This document shows positions 12,270-25,442 of a stretch of DNA of 64,000 nucleotides, piece after piece. Made by a program: the position numbers and the translations under genes. The first letter of the stretch is position 1; the number at the start of each line of letters is the position of its first letter. Origin of the DNA: Bugula neritina (taxonomy: Eukaryota > Animalia > Bryozoa); NCBI GenBank assembly GCA_964035545.1, contig OZ037766.1, positions 30,106,274 to 30,170,273 of the forward strand, written 5' to 3'. The notes under the pieces were generated by a model, which was given only the letters and a program-made list of their open reading frames with translations, did not search any database and was not told the DNA's origin.

Positions 12270-15200
12270 CCCCACTAACAATTTACATTTATATCACATT
12301 CGAAAAAACGTTTATTAAAATATGTTTAAATGTCGACACCTTTTTTACTGCATATAATAGAATATTTAGGAAAAGCATTTTTGCCAAAACATTTCACAAA
12401 TGTTGAGTTGCATTAAGTTGCATGTAGATGTGTTTTATACAACTTTGGTAAAAAGTTGTGATTCAACATTATTTAAATGTTTAAATTTTAATGTATCTCT
12501 TTGTCTCACACAACGTTTAGGCAAAACGTTTTCTGCAAACCATTTTACCAACGTTTCATAAACAAGTCATACAAACACTGCTATAATGTAGCTTTGATAA
12601 CATTTTTATAATTTGTAAACCAACGTTAAGTTGAATGTTGAAATGTAAATGTAATTTAGCTTTTTTATCCAAATCGTTCTATAAACAACTTTTCATAAAT
12701 CTTATTATAATATGTTGTGTAAACTCTATGCAGCATTGCAAATATAGGTTATTATAACCATATGGCAAGGTTTACATAACCATTGCTATATGAAAGTATC
12801 TATATAGCAGTAAAATATTTTAAAAGTTTTGTATTGTTATTTATCAAAAGGACAAATTCATACGTGGAGAAAGGACAATTCCTCATTTCTTCTTCTCTAT
12901 TGTGCATCATAATAAGGTGTATTAACATTTGCAGCAGATCAACTATCGTGATAGTTGACAACCGTCATAGCCAATCAGCGGATTCAGATTTGATACACTA
13001 TAGGCCTCCAATTAGTAATGCATTGGGATGAGTGCTATTGACAAACATCTATATAGTTGATTGTACAAGTTTGTATAACGCGCAGTTGAATAGCAGCATT
13101 GAAGTAGCTAAGTAGTGTTTCTGCTATCAGCAATTATGTAATGTTTTCTTATTTGTGCAGTAGTTACGTATACCTGTGCATTTTTTGTATAATAAACTCT
13201 TTTTTACTTTAACTTGGCAATATTGCATTAGCTCTAAATAACCCGTAATTGATGAAAGCGCAAATTCACAACAATATTATACAAGTGAGGCTTTTATATT
13301 GGATGTGTGTTCATAACTTTATTGTTTAAAAATGAAGAACAATAATTACAAACAATGATTATTACTAAAAAAACATGTGTTACCTAAATTGAAGACATAT
13401 TTGTCAAATTAAATGACCTAAAATGAGTTACATATAAAATAAATGTGGCAATGAGCAGATAAATAAATTTTTATTGGAGCTAATGCAACAATTATAGATA
13501 GCAACAGGTCTTAAGAAGTACAGCAAAAACTTAAACAGAAAACAATTTAAACCAATTATTTTAAAATGTTGCTTTAAAACATATATAGCTATTTAGTGAA
13601 GTCAGCAAAACATACTTTTCTGTATATATATAAGCAAGTAAACGAAATAACACCAATTATCATATATATAGAACGCTACTCCCTTTATATCCAAAGCTGA
13701 ACATTAGCAACGAGCTTTATTACCACTTTGGAGATTTAAAGTTATTTTAGCTCTTTCTATTAAGCTTCATCTAAAATTGAGGCCTAACTAAATGTTTTAA
13801 AATATAAGTAGGTTTCTGAAAATTGTGAATTCAGTCTGCTCATTCTTTTCCTCAAAACATATACTTAAAACTTCAAGGTCTTGTTCTTTACAGTAAGATA
13901 GTGACCACCTACAAAGCACCAAGAATACACACTAGAAACAAAAAACATACAATGTAAATGTATATAAGCTGTGGTGAACTGAAGTGGTGTTTCAGAATAA
14001 GCTGTGAAAATGGGTGGGCAACTTCAAATTTCTGTATATTCCCCTATAAATATGACAAACAATTTGATATATTCATAAATGGGTAGGCAACTTTGAGCTT
14101 ATGTACATTTCACTATAAAAATGACAAACAAGGGTGCAGATCATAAATGGGTGACAACTTCAAGTTTATGCAAATTCTGCAATAAAGATGGCAAACAAGA
14201 CAGCTTTGATAGTGGGTGGGTAACTTCAATTTTAACTAGATTTTACTATAAAAGTGACTAACAAGAAAGTTGAAATATGGGTGGGCAACTTCAACTTTAT
14301 AAAAATTTTGCCATAAAGATGACAAACAATAAAATTAGGAAATAGGTGGGCAACTTCAATTTTATGTACATTTCACTATCAAGATAGCAAACAAGAAAGT
14401 TAGAAAATGGGTGGGCAACTTCAATTTTATGTACATTTCACTATCAAGATGGCATACAAGACTGTTCAGAGGTTGGTGGGTACTTTATATTTGATGTAAA
14501 TTTTATTTTTGAAATGACAAACAATTTGACACGTTTATAAATGGGTGGGCAACTTCAATGTTGTGTACATTCAATTATAAAAATGACCAACAAGAGTGTT
14601 CGGAATTTGGTGTACAAACTAGACTTTATGTAAATTTTACTATAAAGAAGATAAACAAGAAATTTCGAACATAGTGTAATGGATTTTCATCCCCTATCGT
14701 TTTGAAAAATTCTAGTTGCTATCACTGAAAAATACCCTGCCTTTTGTTCTCTCTCACAAAGTTACAATAGGTAGGCAACTTCACGCTATAAAGATGATTA
14801 ACAATAATATCTGATCATAAGTGGGTGACCTCAACTTTATACACACTGCTCTATAAAAATGACAAACAAATAAAAACTTGTGAAAATAGGTGGGCAATTT
14901 CTAATTCATGTACATTTTACTATAAAAATAACCAACAAGGAAATGGAAAAATGGGTAGGCAACTTTCAGTTAAATTCCAATAAATTACTTTAAACTGCGA
15001 AATATTGCACTTTTCAAACAATTATTGATATAATGTAGATTTTGACTTAACTTCGTACATAACACCATTAGTGCATAGCTTATATGTTTGCATTTAAACA
15101 AAATTTTAAACTTTTTAAAAAAAATTGATAACTATTATAATGCAAAATTTAAATTAATTAAATATGTTTCTTTCCAACATTACAAGCTTCAAATAATCAG

Positions 15201-15560
15201 AATTGGGCTCACCAACCTATCAATAAGTTCACATAGTGGCACCTGTGCATTTACTCATATACAGTGTGTAAATTACAGATAACTTCATTGGTATGACTAT
15301 AAATTTACCTGAATAGCCAAGTACATGGGAATAGCTAAACTTCTATCATTCAATACAAGCAAGGTATAGATAGATTCTTCTTGACGCATGGAGCCTGGAT
15401 GTTTCTCATATCAAGTAACCACAGATGTGAAAATGGCCTAAGGGAAATAAGAAAATATGCACAGACTAAACTAATAATTAAAATAGGCTATAACAAACTA
15501 TTTTCTGACAAAAAAGGAATATTTTGTAAAAAGCTAGAATGGTAAGTGTAACGGGAAGGG
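12270..15560 (+). repeat. Segmental duplicate A (paralogue at ~34864-38250), AACGTT-rich 5' part plus 60-bp minisatellite
   Basis: Both copies begin CCCCACTAACAATTTACATT and are colinear for over 3 kb. Copy A has an extra ~460 bp at about 12815-13278. Confidence 0.85.
14005..14970 (+). repeat. Minisatellite, ~60-bp diverged units
   Basis: Recurrent AAATGGGTGGGCAACTTCAATTTTATGTACATTTCACTATAAAGATGACAAACAAG units, roughly 15 copies. Confidence 0.9.
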
Positions 15561-16654
15561 GGAGCACAGCGGTCATATAAAGGGTACAAAAAGCTGGCCA
15601 AGTTGTAAGAGAATTTATTGACTTAGAGTTGGGATTTTTTTGTAGAAAGGTATTGACATAATTATTTAACCATTGTAGATTCAACACTTGCAGAACATAC
15701 ATGTTGAAAAGGCGAGTCAAAAACTGTATTTATACAGCTACTTTTTGTAAATCTTTTAAGATGTCGTTAAAGCTTAATAACTTTTTACACTCAAAGGTAA
15801 CAATAAAAACCTATAAAGTTTACTGATGTTGTTGCCATTGCTTGTCTCTACATTGTTTAACTAGTATAACAGCAAACTCTAAAATAGATTTCCCTTGAGC
15901 CACATTTATTTTCAAATTGGCCGCACGGGGCACAGTGGCCAAGCTGATTATTGCACCCTGATCACTGTTATTAGTTTGTTTGCCAAAAATTTTAGTTGAA
16001 ACGTTAATGAAATCTATAGATATAGCCATTTCTGAGTTGTTTGTAAAATATCAAGGACATCATGGTAAGACTACAAAGCTACAAGGTGAAGCTCCCCTAA
16101 TATACACATCTGGTGAAGTTAAAACTTCAATTGCCATTTTATACATCATACAAAACACTCTGCTGTTGCTACTATAGTATAGATAGTAATGATATTCATT
16201 TTATATTATATCATTGAGCGAATATTCATGCATATGCGTGACTAAAATAAATTGAAATTTGCTCATTTGCTCCCCCTCTCCCTTCCATATACTCCAGCCA
16301 CAAACCGAAGCCATGCACCTTAGCTACAAATTAAAGAAAAAAGTTCATTCATAATTGTGTAGTACATGTTACTAAATTTTTTTTCTGATAAAAGTTCCTC
16401 TGAAGTGAAAATAAAAAAAACATTTTTAGATCTAAACAGTAATGAAAATGGCACCATAGAACCGAGTGATTTGCATTTTATTTTGCTTTCCACTGCTATC
16501 CGTGGTGACACAAACTGTACAGCTAAAACATGAATTTTGCTGTAGGTCTGAAAGAATATTTTTATTTATTTGTAATATCAAATGAATAAAAATCAAATGC
16601 TACAAAATCCGCAAAGTTTAAATATATTTGTTGTGTCCCACCCATTGGCCATTA

Positions 16655-17640
16655 TATGTTGGTATGAAAATATTTTGCTATTCATACATGATTGGTTAAG
16701 TATACAATTGTAGACGATATCACAATATGTTGAAATTATATAAAACTAACTAACAATTTACCAACATTCAATTAGTGAAATATTTTATCTGTTATATCAT
16801 ATGTGTATATATACAGTCAAGGGAGACTGACATAATACACTGAGCTTCAACTACCACTTTGCTTTTGCGACAGTCACTTAATACAAGACAGTGCATTGAA
16901 GCTAATGAATCTGGATTAGTGTAGGACAGATAATAACAGTTAATCTCGTTATTTATGTTATAGGGATGGCTGAGGCTGAAATAATAGTAAATTATTTATA
17001 ACGCAAGCTCTGAAATCAATCATGGACAGTGGGTGGCAGCCAAGAACAGCAACTATCTCGTAAAAATTTTTTGAAATGCCAATTTTGACTATTTAAATGT
17101 TTTAAATGACAAAATTGGGCTTTGCTTTTAGAAAGATTGTGCTTTTTGACAAACCTTGAGATATCATTTGCTCTGCTAATTATACGTTTAACATATGAGG
17201 AGAGGGGCATGCACCCTATAAAACATTCACAATTATATGTGTGTAACTGCAGAATTAATGTAAATTTCTGGTGTCATCAAACAGATATTCTACATTTTAG
17301 TGTAAAACAGCATGTCTTCTGGCCCTAATTAAATTTAACCAGAAAAAAACGTGTTCAAGATGTTTTTTGGACCTGCCTATAATAAAAAAAAAATTATCTG
17401 CTGAGCCGTTCTCAACATGCAGTCACTTTATTGAAATATAAAATTTTTCAATGAATCATTAACCCCTACCCCTATTTCAAGGTATCCTGGAAAAGATGGT
17501 ATAATGTATCCAACAATATATTTCAGCCATTATAATAACACTAATGTACGTACTCCATCTCTATATCCTAACAGAGATGCATATAAAATATGTTGAGATT
17601 TTATACTGTGCAAGTCTACTATATATTAATTCACTTCATA
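16655..17640 (+). repeat. Duplicated block; inverted copy at 22634-23635, partial direct copy at ~33383-33850
   Basis: Near-identical reverse-complement match. The mirrored short ORFs 17016-17210(-) and 23044-23310(+) reflect the duplication. Confidence 0.9.
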
Positions 17641-18230
17641 TAGAGTAGAGTAGAATAGAGAAGAGAAGGGTAGAGTAGAGCAGGGCAGGGCAGGGCAGGG
17701 CAGGGCAGGGCAGGGCAGGGCAGGGCAGGGCAGGGCAGGGCAGGGCAGGGCAGGGCAGGGCAGGGCAGGGCAGGGCAGGGCAGGGCAGGGCAGGGCAGGG
17801 CAGGGCAGGGCAGGGCAGGGCAGGGCAGGGCAGGGCAGGGCAGGGCAGGGCAGGGCAGGGCAGGGCAGGGCAGGGCAGGGCAGGGCAGGGCAGGGCAGGG
17901 CAGGGCAGGGCAGGGCAGGGCAGGGCAGGGCAGGGCAGGGCAGGGCAGGGCAGGGCAGGGCAGGGCAGGGCAGGGCAGGGCAGGGCAGGGCAGGGCAGGG
18001 CAGGGCAGGGCAGGGCAGGGCAGGGCAGGGCAGGGCAGGGCCGGGCAGGGCAGGGCAGGGCAGGGCAGGGCAGGGCAGGGCAGGGCAGGGCAGGGCAGGG
18101 TAGGGTAGGGAAGGGAAGGGAAGGGTAGGGTAGGGTAGGGTAGGGTAGGGTAGGGTAGGGTAGGGAAGGGAAGGGAAGGGTAGGGTAGGGTAGAGTAGAG
18201 TAGAGAGGAGTAGAGTAGGGTAGAGTAGGG
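17641..18230 (+). repeat. Pentanucleotide satellite (CAGGG/TAGGG/TAGAG)n
   Basis: Directly visible tandem pentamers. Confidence 0.98.
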
Positions 18231-18442
18231 TAATGGTAACGGTTGGTCACGGTTGGTTACATAATAAGAAATGTTGGTCTGATATATTATAACAGTAAAG
18301 ATGAAATACAACCTGTGAGTCTCTTGGGCCTAGCAATTTACTCAACTGGCAATATTGTCACTGTTTCAAAATTAATCTCACTGAAGCATATAAAGTCAAG
18401 ATTAAGGATCTACAGGTTTAATTACTTTGAGTATATTTGGAG

Positions 18443-18449
18443 TATAAAA
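18443..18449 (+). promoter_or_regulatory. Putative TATA box of G2
   Basis: TATAAAA about 30 nt before TTAGTC (Inr-like), followed by a probable 5'-UTR intron (~18517-18632). Conserved at 59362-59368 (psi7) and as CATAAAA at 62003 (G8). Confidence 0.6.
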
Positions 18450-18641
18450 AGCCTGATTATGAAAACAAAAATTAGTCTATTGAAGGCAGAAAAGGCACAA
18501 CATCAAAAACTTTAAGGTGAAGAATGCTTTTCTTGATAACTAGTTATATATTTGTATTTTTCATATTCAAAAATTAATAAAATATAACAAACTTGATCTC
18601 TACTTATAATATACTTACAAATTTTTTTGAAGAAGCTGAAG

Positions 18642-19793
18642 ATGAGAACTTGGATCTTGATAGCATTTGTATTGAGTGTAGCAGTGGTGTTTGTCTCTTC
18701 ACAAAACCAAGCAGACTTTTCCTCTGCAGTATCTCTGTGTAAGTAATTTAATTCTTTATGATTATATGATATTTTTGTAAATTTTGTTATTATATTGCAG
18801 TAAAGTGATAGTCAAGTGATTGGGCAAATTTTTAAACTTTTTCAGACAAAAGAAATTGGAAAAAAGAATTATCTGAATGTCTTAATTGAAGCTAATTGTT
18901 TTGACTTTTCTAGCATTAGGAAATATGTCTGCTACTTTGTATACTGTTGATAAAAATATAGCAAACTAAATTTTGATACCTATTACGTAACTGCATTTTA
19001 TAGAGGTCAAAAGGAAATTATACTTTACGTCATTTCTATGGCCAAATTTTGGTTTGTTATTTCAGCATGCCAAGCTTGTTTACGTTCTCGTACTCAAGCA
19101 TGCCTTCGGCGCTTAGGAGCAGGTAGAGGAGGCAAGGGTGGTAAAGGGAAAAAGAGAAAAAATAAAAGAGGAGACAGGAGAGGCAAGAGCAAGAGAGGCA
19201 ATAAAAAAGGGGGCAAGAGAAATAAAAGAAAAGGGGGTAAAGATGGAAAGAGAAGTGGGAGGAAGGGAAGAGGAAGGGGTGGCAGAAAAAATAGAGAAAG
19301 AAATCTTAGAAACAGATCAGCTCGAATTTGCAATATAGAAGCCCAGCGACTCTGTATTAGCTTTTGTCAGCCACCAGCCCCAGCACCTACACAACCACCA
19401 ATCACACCAGCTCCAATTCGTGCAGCACGAATTACACCAGCACCAATTATGATACAACTTATTACACAAGCACCTATTAGACCAGCACGAATTACACTAC
19501 CAACAATTACTGCTGCACCAACCACCACTACTACTAAACAAGTCATCGTCGCACGATTCCCTGGCGCAATCATCTTCGCACCAGCACCCACTACAACAAC
19601 AACCACTACAACAACAACACCAACTACAACAACAACACCCACTACAACAACAACACCCACTACAACAACAACACCCACTACAACAACAACACCCACTACA
19701 ACAACAACACCCACTACAACAACAACACCCACTACAACAACAACACCCACTACAACAACAACACCCACTACAACAACACCCTTTACAAAATAA
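18642..19793 (+). CDS. Secreted 6-Cys / polybasic loop / Pro-Thr tail protein, copy G2 (274 aa, intact)
   Basis: Exon 18642-18738 MRTWILIAFVLSVAVVFVSSQNQADFSSAVSL. Phase-1 GT-AG intron. Exon 19066-19793 CQACLRSRTQAC-(basic 75 aa)-CNIEAQRLCISFC-...(PTTTTT)n. AATAAA at 19959-19964. Confidence 0.9.
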
Positions 19794-20261
19794 ACAAAAA
19801 CTACATTTGAAACATTAGCTTCTCTGCAATTAATCGGCTGTATTTTAGATTGTCTACCAATTAGCTATTTTTTTTGTTGACAAAACAATTTTTGTTGCGA
19901 AATTTAGGTAGTTTAAAAGGTATTGGTGTTATAATGCTGTTTCTCCTTTTGACTATCAAATAAAGTCTACTGGTTATTTAAAATCCTAAGTTAATATATT
20001 TTATGCTTGTTACTAGACATTTAAGGAATTCGCAACATCAGAACTTGGCAAACATTTCTAACAATACTTACCATTCCAAAAACTACAAAAAAAAATTTGA
20101 AAAAGTTATCAATTTCAGATGAAGCATGCATGTGGCTAAATTTTCAATTTGACTTCAGGAGTTTAGTATACAAACAACTTTTATATTATAGCTGAAAGCC
20201 AATTGCTAACATAAATTGTGATGTGGGAAAATATTTTTTATCTAAAATAATTGGATTAGAT

Positions 20262-20627
20262 TAGAGAAGAATAGGGTAGAAAAGAGTAGAGTAGAGTAAA
20301 GTAGAGTAGAGTAGAGTAGAGTAGAGTAGAGTAGAGTAGAGTAGAGTAGAGTAGAGTAGAGTAGAGTAGAGTAGAGTAGAGTAGAGTAGAGTAGAGTAGA
20401 GTAGAGTAGAGTAGAGTAGAGTAGAGTAGAGTAGAGTAGAGTAGAGTAGAGTAGAGTAGAGTAGAGTGGAGTGGAGTGGAGTGGAGTAGAGTGGAGTGGA
20501 GTGGAGTGGAGTGGAGTGGAGTGGAGTGGAGTGGAGTAGGGTAGGGTAGGGTAGGGTAGGGTAGGGTAGGGTAGGGTAGGGTAGGGGAGGGTAGGGTAGG
20601 GTAGGGTAGGGTAGGGAAGGGTAGAGT
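20262..20627 (+). repeat. Pentanucleotide satellite (TAGAG/TGGAG/TAGGG)n
   Basis: Directly visible. Confidence 0.98.
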
Positions 20628-20712
20628 ATAACTTAAGGTAATAAATAACAATTGTTCTAATCATGTTTTATAGCTATGAGTGAGAAAATTTGTGCTGTGA
20701 GGCCCTACACCT

Positions 20713-21995
20713 TGATTGATTGATTTTATTTCTATCACTAACCTGATATATGTTGTGCCAAAAAAAGGTGTTGAATACCGATGCCCCTGATATTAAAAAT
20801 GATAACAGTGTAACATACATGGCTTAAAAATAGGAATAAAAAGTCTCTGAGGCTGGAAATCAATTGACAAAAATTATTATACAAGTTTATTTAGCTTGAG
20901 TGCTGCCTGGCGTATAAAAGAATCTCTGCCCCATGCATGTGCTTCTGTATTTAATGGTACGATATCGTCCTGATGGGTTCTTTTCAAGAAAGTCCTTTAG
21001 AAAATGATTGTCATCATGTATATATTGCAGTAGCAAGATTTTAGTTCTGACATCTATTAGATTGTCGATATCCCCAAGATCTTTGATGCCTAGTTTGAGT
21101 GCCTCTTTAAAAAAGTGTCGGAGTTGCTTTTTATCTTTAGCATACAGGGAGATGTAAAGAATGGGCAGACAGTAAGTAAGAAGGGAGATAATAAAACTTT
21201 TAAATAGCATACTAGCCAGGGTGGTTGAACAAAGGTAAACAAAATTTCTAACAATATATAACATTCTTTGACTAGCTTTTGTTGCCACAGAGTTAATGTG
21301 CTCTTCAAAACGAAGTTTGTTGTCTATATCCATACCCCTACATATTTCACATTGTCACTAAAACTGATACTAACTTTATTCAAAATCATAGCAGGGGTGT
21401 CTGGCTAAATCCTGTTAGTGGAAAACAATATTTCTTGGGTCTTACTTGGGTTCAACAAAAGGGCTAAGGAATTACATTCATTTGATATTCTATCTACTTC
21501 AAAAAAATAATTACTCAAAGCAGACTCATCAGAAATACAACCTATTACACAAGTGTCGTCTGCATATTTTAAAATAGTGACATTATATACTAGTTTGAGA
21601 TGTAATTCCATCAGTGTAAACAGAAAACAAAAGAGGGCTTAACACAGAACCTTGGGGAGTGCCTGTAAAATTTGTGACAATAGGCTAAGACATATAGTGC
21701 CATCAACTAATGTTCTTTGAACTCGGCCACTGAGGAAACTGGTTATTCATCCTGTTACATTACAATCCAGATGTTGTAGCTTAGGTATAAGATGACTGAC
21801 GTTTATAGTATTAAAAGCTAAAGAGAAATCTAGGAACAGGCATGGTGAGTAATTACAATTAGCTTGTCCGTCAATAAAATTAGTAACAGTCGTAGCGAGG
21901 CAGAGCACTGCATCCTGGGTTGAACGGTGTGAGCGATAAGCGAACTGAAATTTATCCAAGGGAGTGTGGTTAGAGATGTAGTTCTTCATAAGTAT
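20713..21995 (-). mobile_element. 5'-truncated, degenerate non-LTR retrotransposon (Rex1/Babar-like, CR1/L2 group), RT region
   Basis: Broken RT motifs LDKFQFAYRSHRSTQDA, LFLDFSLAFNTI, GTPQGSVLSP and LKYADDT. The 3' end is AATAAA followed by ATCA repeats. The paralogous site at ~25530-25560 is empty. Confidence 0.88.
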
Positions 21996-22217
21996 CTCTA
22001 TAAATATTTATTATATAGACTATTCTGTAATTAGACTATAAGTTAACTAACTATATATATAGCACTACTATATATCTTAAAAAACAACACCACCTGTAAA
22101 AAAATTTCTTGCACTAGACTGGGCTTGAGGACTACACTTCACCTGGGCTAGGGTTTGTGCCCGTTCAACTACTGTTTTTAATTACTAATTCACTTTCAAA
22201 GCTAGCTTAACTCAGCT

Positions 22218-22633
22218 ACCCTACTCTACCGTACCCTATTCTACTCTTCCCTATTTTACCCTACTCTACTCTACCCTACCCTAGTCTACCCTACCCCACT
22301 CTACTCTACCCTACCCTACTCTACCCCACTCTACTCTACTCTGCTCTACTCCACTCTACTCTACTCTGCTCTGCTCTGCTCTGCCCTGCCCTGCCCTGCC
22401 CTGCCCTGCCCTGCCCTGCCCTGCCCTGCCCTGCCCTACCCTACCCTACCCTACCCTACCCTACTCTACCCTACTCTACTCTACCCTACTCTACCCTACT
22501 CTACTCTACCCTACTCTACTCTACTCTACTCTTCTCTACCCTACTCTACCCTACTCTACTCTACTCTACTCTACTCTACTCTATCCTACCCTTCTCTTCT
22601 CTACCCTTCTCTTCTCTATTCTACTCTACTCTA
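22218..22633 (-). repeat. Pentanucleotide satellite, inverted orientation
   Basis: (CTACC/CTACT/CTGCC)n, the reverse complement of the other pentamer blocks. Confidence 0.97.
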
Positions 22634-24255
22634 TATGAAGTGAATTAATATATAGTAGACTTACACAGTATAAAATTTTAACATATTTTATATGCATCTC
22701 TGTTAGGATATAGAGTTGGAGTACGTATATTAGTGTTATTATAATGGCTGAAATATATTGTTGGATATATTATACCATCTTTTCCAGGGTACCTTGAAGT
22801 AGGGGTAGGGGTTAATGATTCATTGAAAAATTTTATATTTCAATAAACTGACTGCATGTTGAGAACGGCTCAGCAAATAATTTTTTTTTTATTATAGGCA
22901 GGTCCAAAAAACATCTTGAACACGTTTTTTCTGGTTAAATTTAATTAGGGTCAGAAGACATGCTGTTTTACACTAAAATGTAGAATATCTGTATGATGAC
23001 GCATTTACATTAATTCTGCGCAGCTACACGCATATAATTGTGAATGCTTTATATAGGTTACATGCCCCTTTCCTCATATGTTAAACTTATTAGCAGAGCA
23101 AATGATATTTTAAGGTTTGTCAAAAAGCACAATCTTTCTAAAAGCAAAGCCCAATTTTGTCATTTAAAACTTTTAAATAGTCAAAATTTGCGTTTCAAAA
23201 GAATTTTACAAAGTTTGCTGTTTTTGGCTGCCACCCACTGGCCATGCATGATTCATTTCAGAGCTTGCATAAATAATTTACCATTATTTCAGCCTCAGAC
23301 ATTCCTATAACATAAATAACTGTAAGCGCATGCTTTAGATGATTAACTGTTATTATCTGTCCTCCACTAATCCAGATTCATTAGCTTCAATGCAAAGTCT
23401 TGTATTAAGTGCATGACTGTCGCAAAAGCAAAATGGTAATTGAAGCTCAGTATATTATGATATTATGTCAGTCTCCCTTGACTGTGCATGTATACACATA
23501 TATAGTAGATAAAATATTTTACTTCAATCTTGGTAGATTGTTAGTAATTTTTATATAATTTCAACTTGTAATATATTCTACAATTGTATACCTAACCAAT
23601 TACGTATGAATAGCAAATTATTCTCATACAAACATTTTCAACAGAAATATTTACTAAACTGTATGTGGGGGAAAGTTATTATAGACATGGAATGCATATA
23701 CAATACATGGTGCATAAAGATTCAAAAATAATATGTTCAGGGCATTACCAGTATCTAAATAAAGTGCTTCTTTCCCCAAAGATATTGGTCAGTGAAATGG
23801 TGTAGTGACCAAAGTTTAACTGAGGTGATTATTATTTACATAATTCAAATGCTATCAGTCAGAGTGTTATATAGACAGTTTATAATACACAAATAAAAAT
23901 ATGCAAATATATACTACTTGAAATTCCTAATTGGTTGTATTGTAATTATTTCTAAAGTATGCGTGCAGGACACATATATACTGTGTGCGTGTGTCTACTG
24001 TATTATACCAGTTGTCGTATTTGATTTATTGACGCTTGATTAAAGATTTCAATTAGGTTCATCTTAATAAAACTACAACACTATAAATTATCAACAAAAA
24101 GAAAGAGAATCTGAGTATAAAATAACATAATGGAATACAGAATGCCTGGTGGTTCTGTTCATAGTAAGATACTGACTACTAATTTTCATCTTATACTTGC
24201 TTGCTATAATAAATAACTATAAATAGCTATAATAGCTATAAACAGTAGCTAGCTA

Positions 24256-25442
24256 GTAAAGTAGAGAAGAGTAGGGTAGAGCAGAGTAGGGTAGGGTAGA
24301 GTAGAGTAGAGTAGAGTAGGGTAGGGTAGGGTAGAGTAGGGTAGGGTAGGGTAGAATAGGGAAGAATATATTATAGTAGGGTAGGGTACAGTAGGGTAGG
24401 GTAGAGTAAAGTGGGGTAGGGTGGAGTAGGGTAGGGTAAGGAAGAGTAGAGTAGAGTAGGGAAGAGTAGAGTAGAGTATAGAGTAGAGGTGGGTAGGGTA
24501 GGGTAGGGTAGGGTAGGGTAGGGTAGGGTAGGGTAGAGTAGGGTAGAGTAGAGTAGAGTAGAGTAGAGTAGAGTAGGGAAGGGTAGAGTAGGGTAGGGTA
24601 GAGTAGAGTAGAGCGGAGTAGGGTAGAGTAGAGTAGAGTAGAGTGGGGTAGGGTAGATCAGGGTAGGGTACTAGAGAAAAGTACAGTAGAGTAGAGTAGG
24701 GAAGAGTACAGTAGAGTAGGGTAGGGAAGAGTACAGTAGAGTAGAGTAGGGAAGAGTAGAGTATAGAGTAGAGGTGGGTAGGGTAGAGTAGGGTAGGGTA
24801 GGGTAGGGTAGAGTAGGGTAGAGTATGGAGTAGAGTAGAGTAGAAAAAAGTAGAGTAGCGTAGGGTAGAGTAGAGCGGAGTAGAGTAGGGTAGAGTAGAG
24901 TAGAGTGGGGTAGGGTAGAGTAGGGTAGAGAAGAGTAGAGTAGAGTAGAGTAGGGAAGAGTAGAGTAGAGTAGATTGGGGTAGGGTAGAGTAGGGTAGGG
25001 TAGGGTAGGGTAGAGTAGGGTAGAGTATGGAGTAGAGCAGAGTAGAGATGAGTAGAGTAGGGTAGGGTAGAATAGGGTAGAGTAGAGTAGAGTAGGGTAG
25101 TGTAGAGTAGGGTAGTGTAGGGTATGGTAGAGTAGAGCGGAGTAGAGTAGGGTAGAGTTGAGTAGCGTAGAGTGGGGTAGGGTAGAGTAGGGTATGGTAG
25201 AGTAGAGCGGAGTAGAGTAGGGTAGAGTTGAGTAGCGTAGAGTGGGGTAGGGTAGAGTAGGGTAGGGTAGAGAAGAGTACAGTAGAGTAGAGTAGGGAAG
25301 AGTAGAGTAGAGTGTAGAGTAGAGGTGGGTAGGGTAGAGTAGGGTAGGGTAGGGTAGAGTAGGGTAGAGTAGGGTAGAGTATGGAGTAGAGTAGAGTAGA
25401 GAAGAGTAGAGTAGCGTAGGGTAGTGTAGGGTAGGGTAGAGT
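24256..25442 (+). repeat. Degenerate pentanucleotide satellite (TAGGG/TAGAG)n with higher-order repeats
   Basis: Directly visible. Confidence 0.97.

Noticed and set aside
15931-16655. Transib-like element starting CACAGTGGCC
   Set aside because: The right end matches only partly, with no TSD or transposase.
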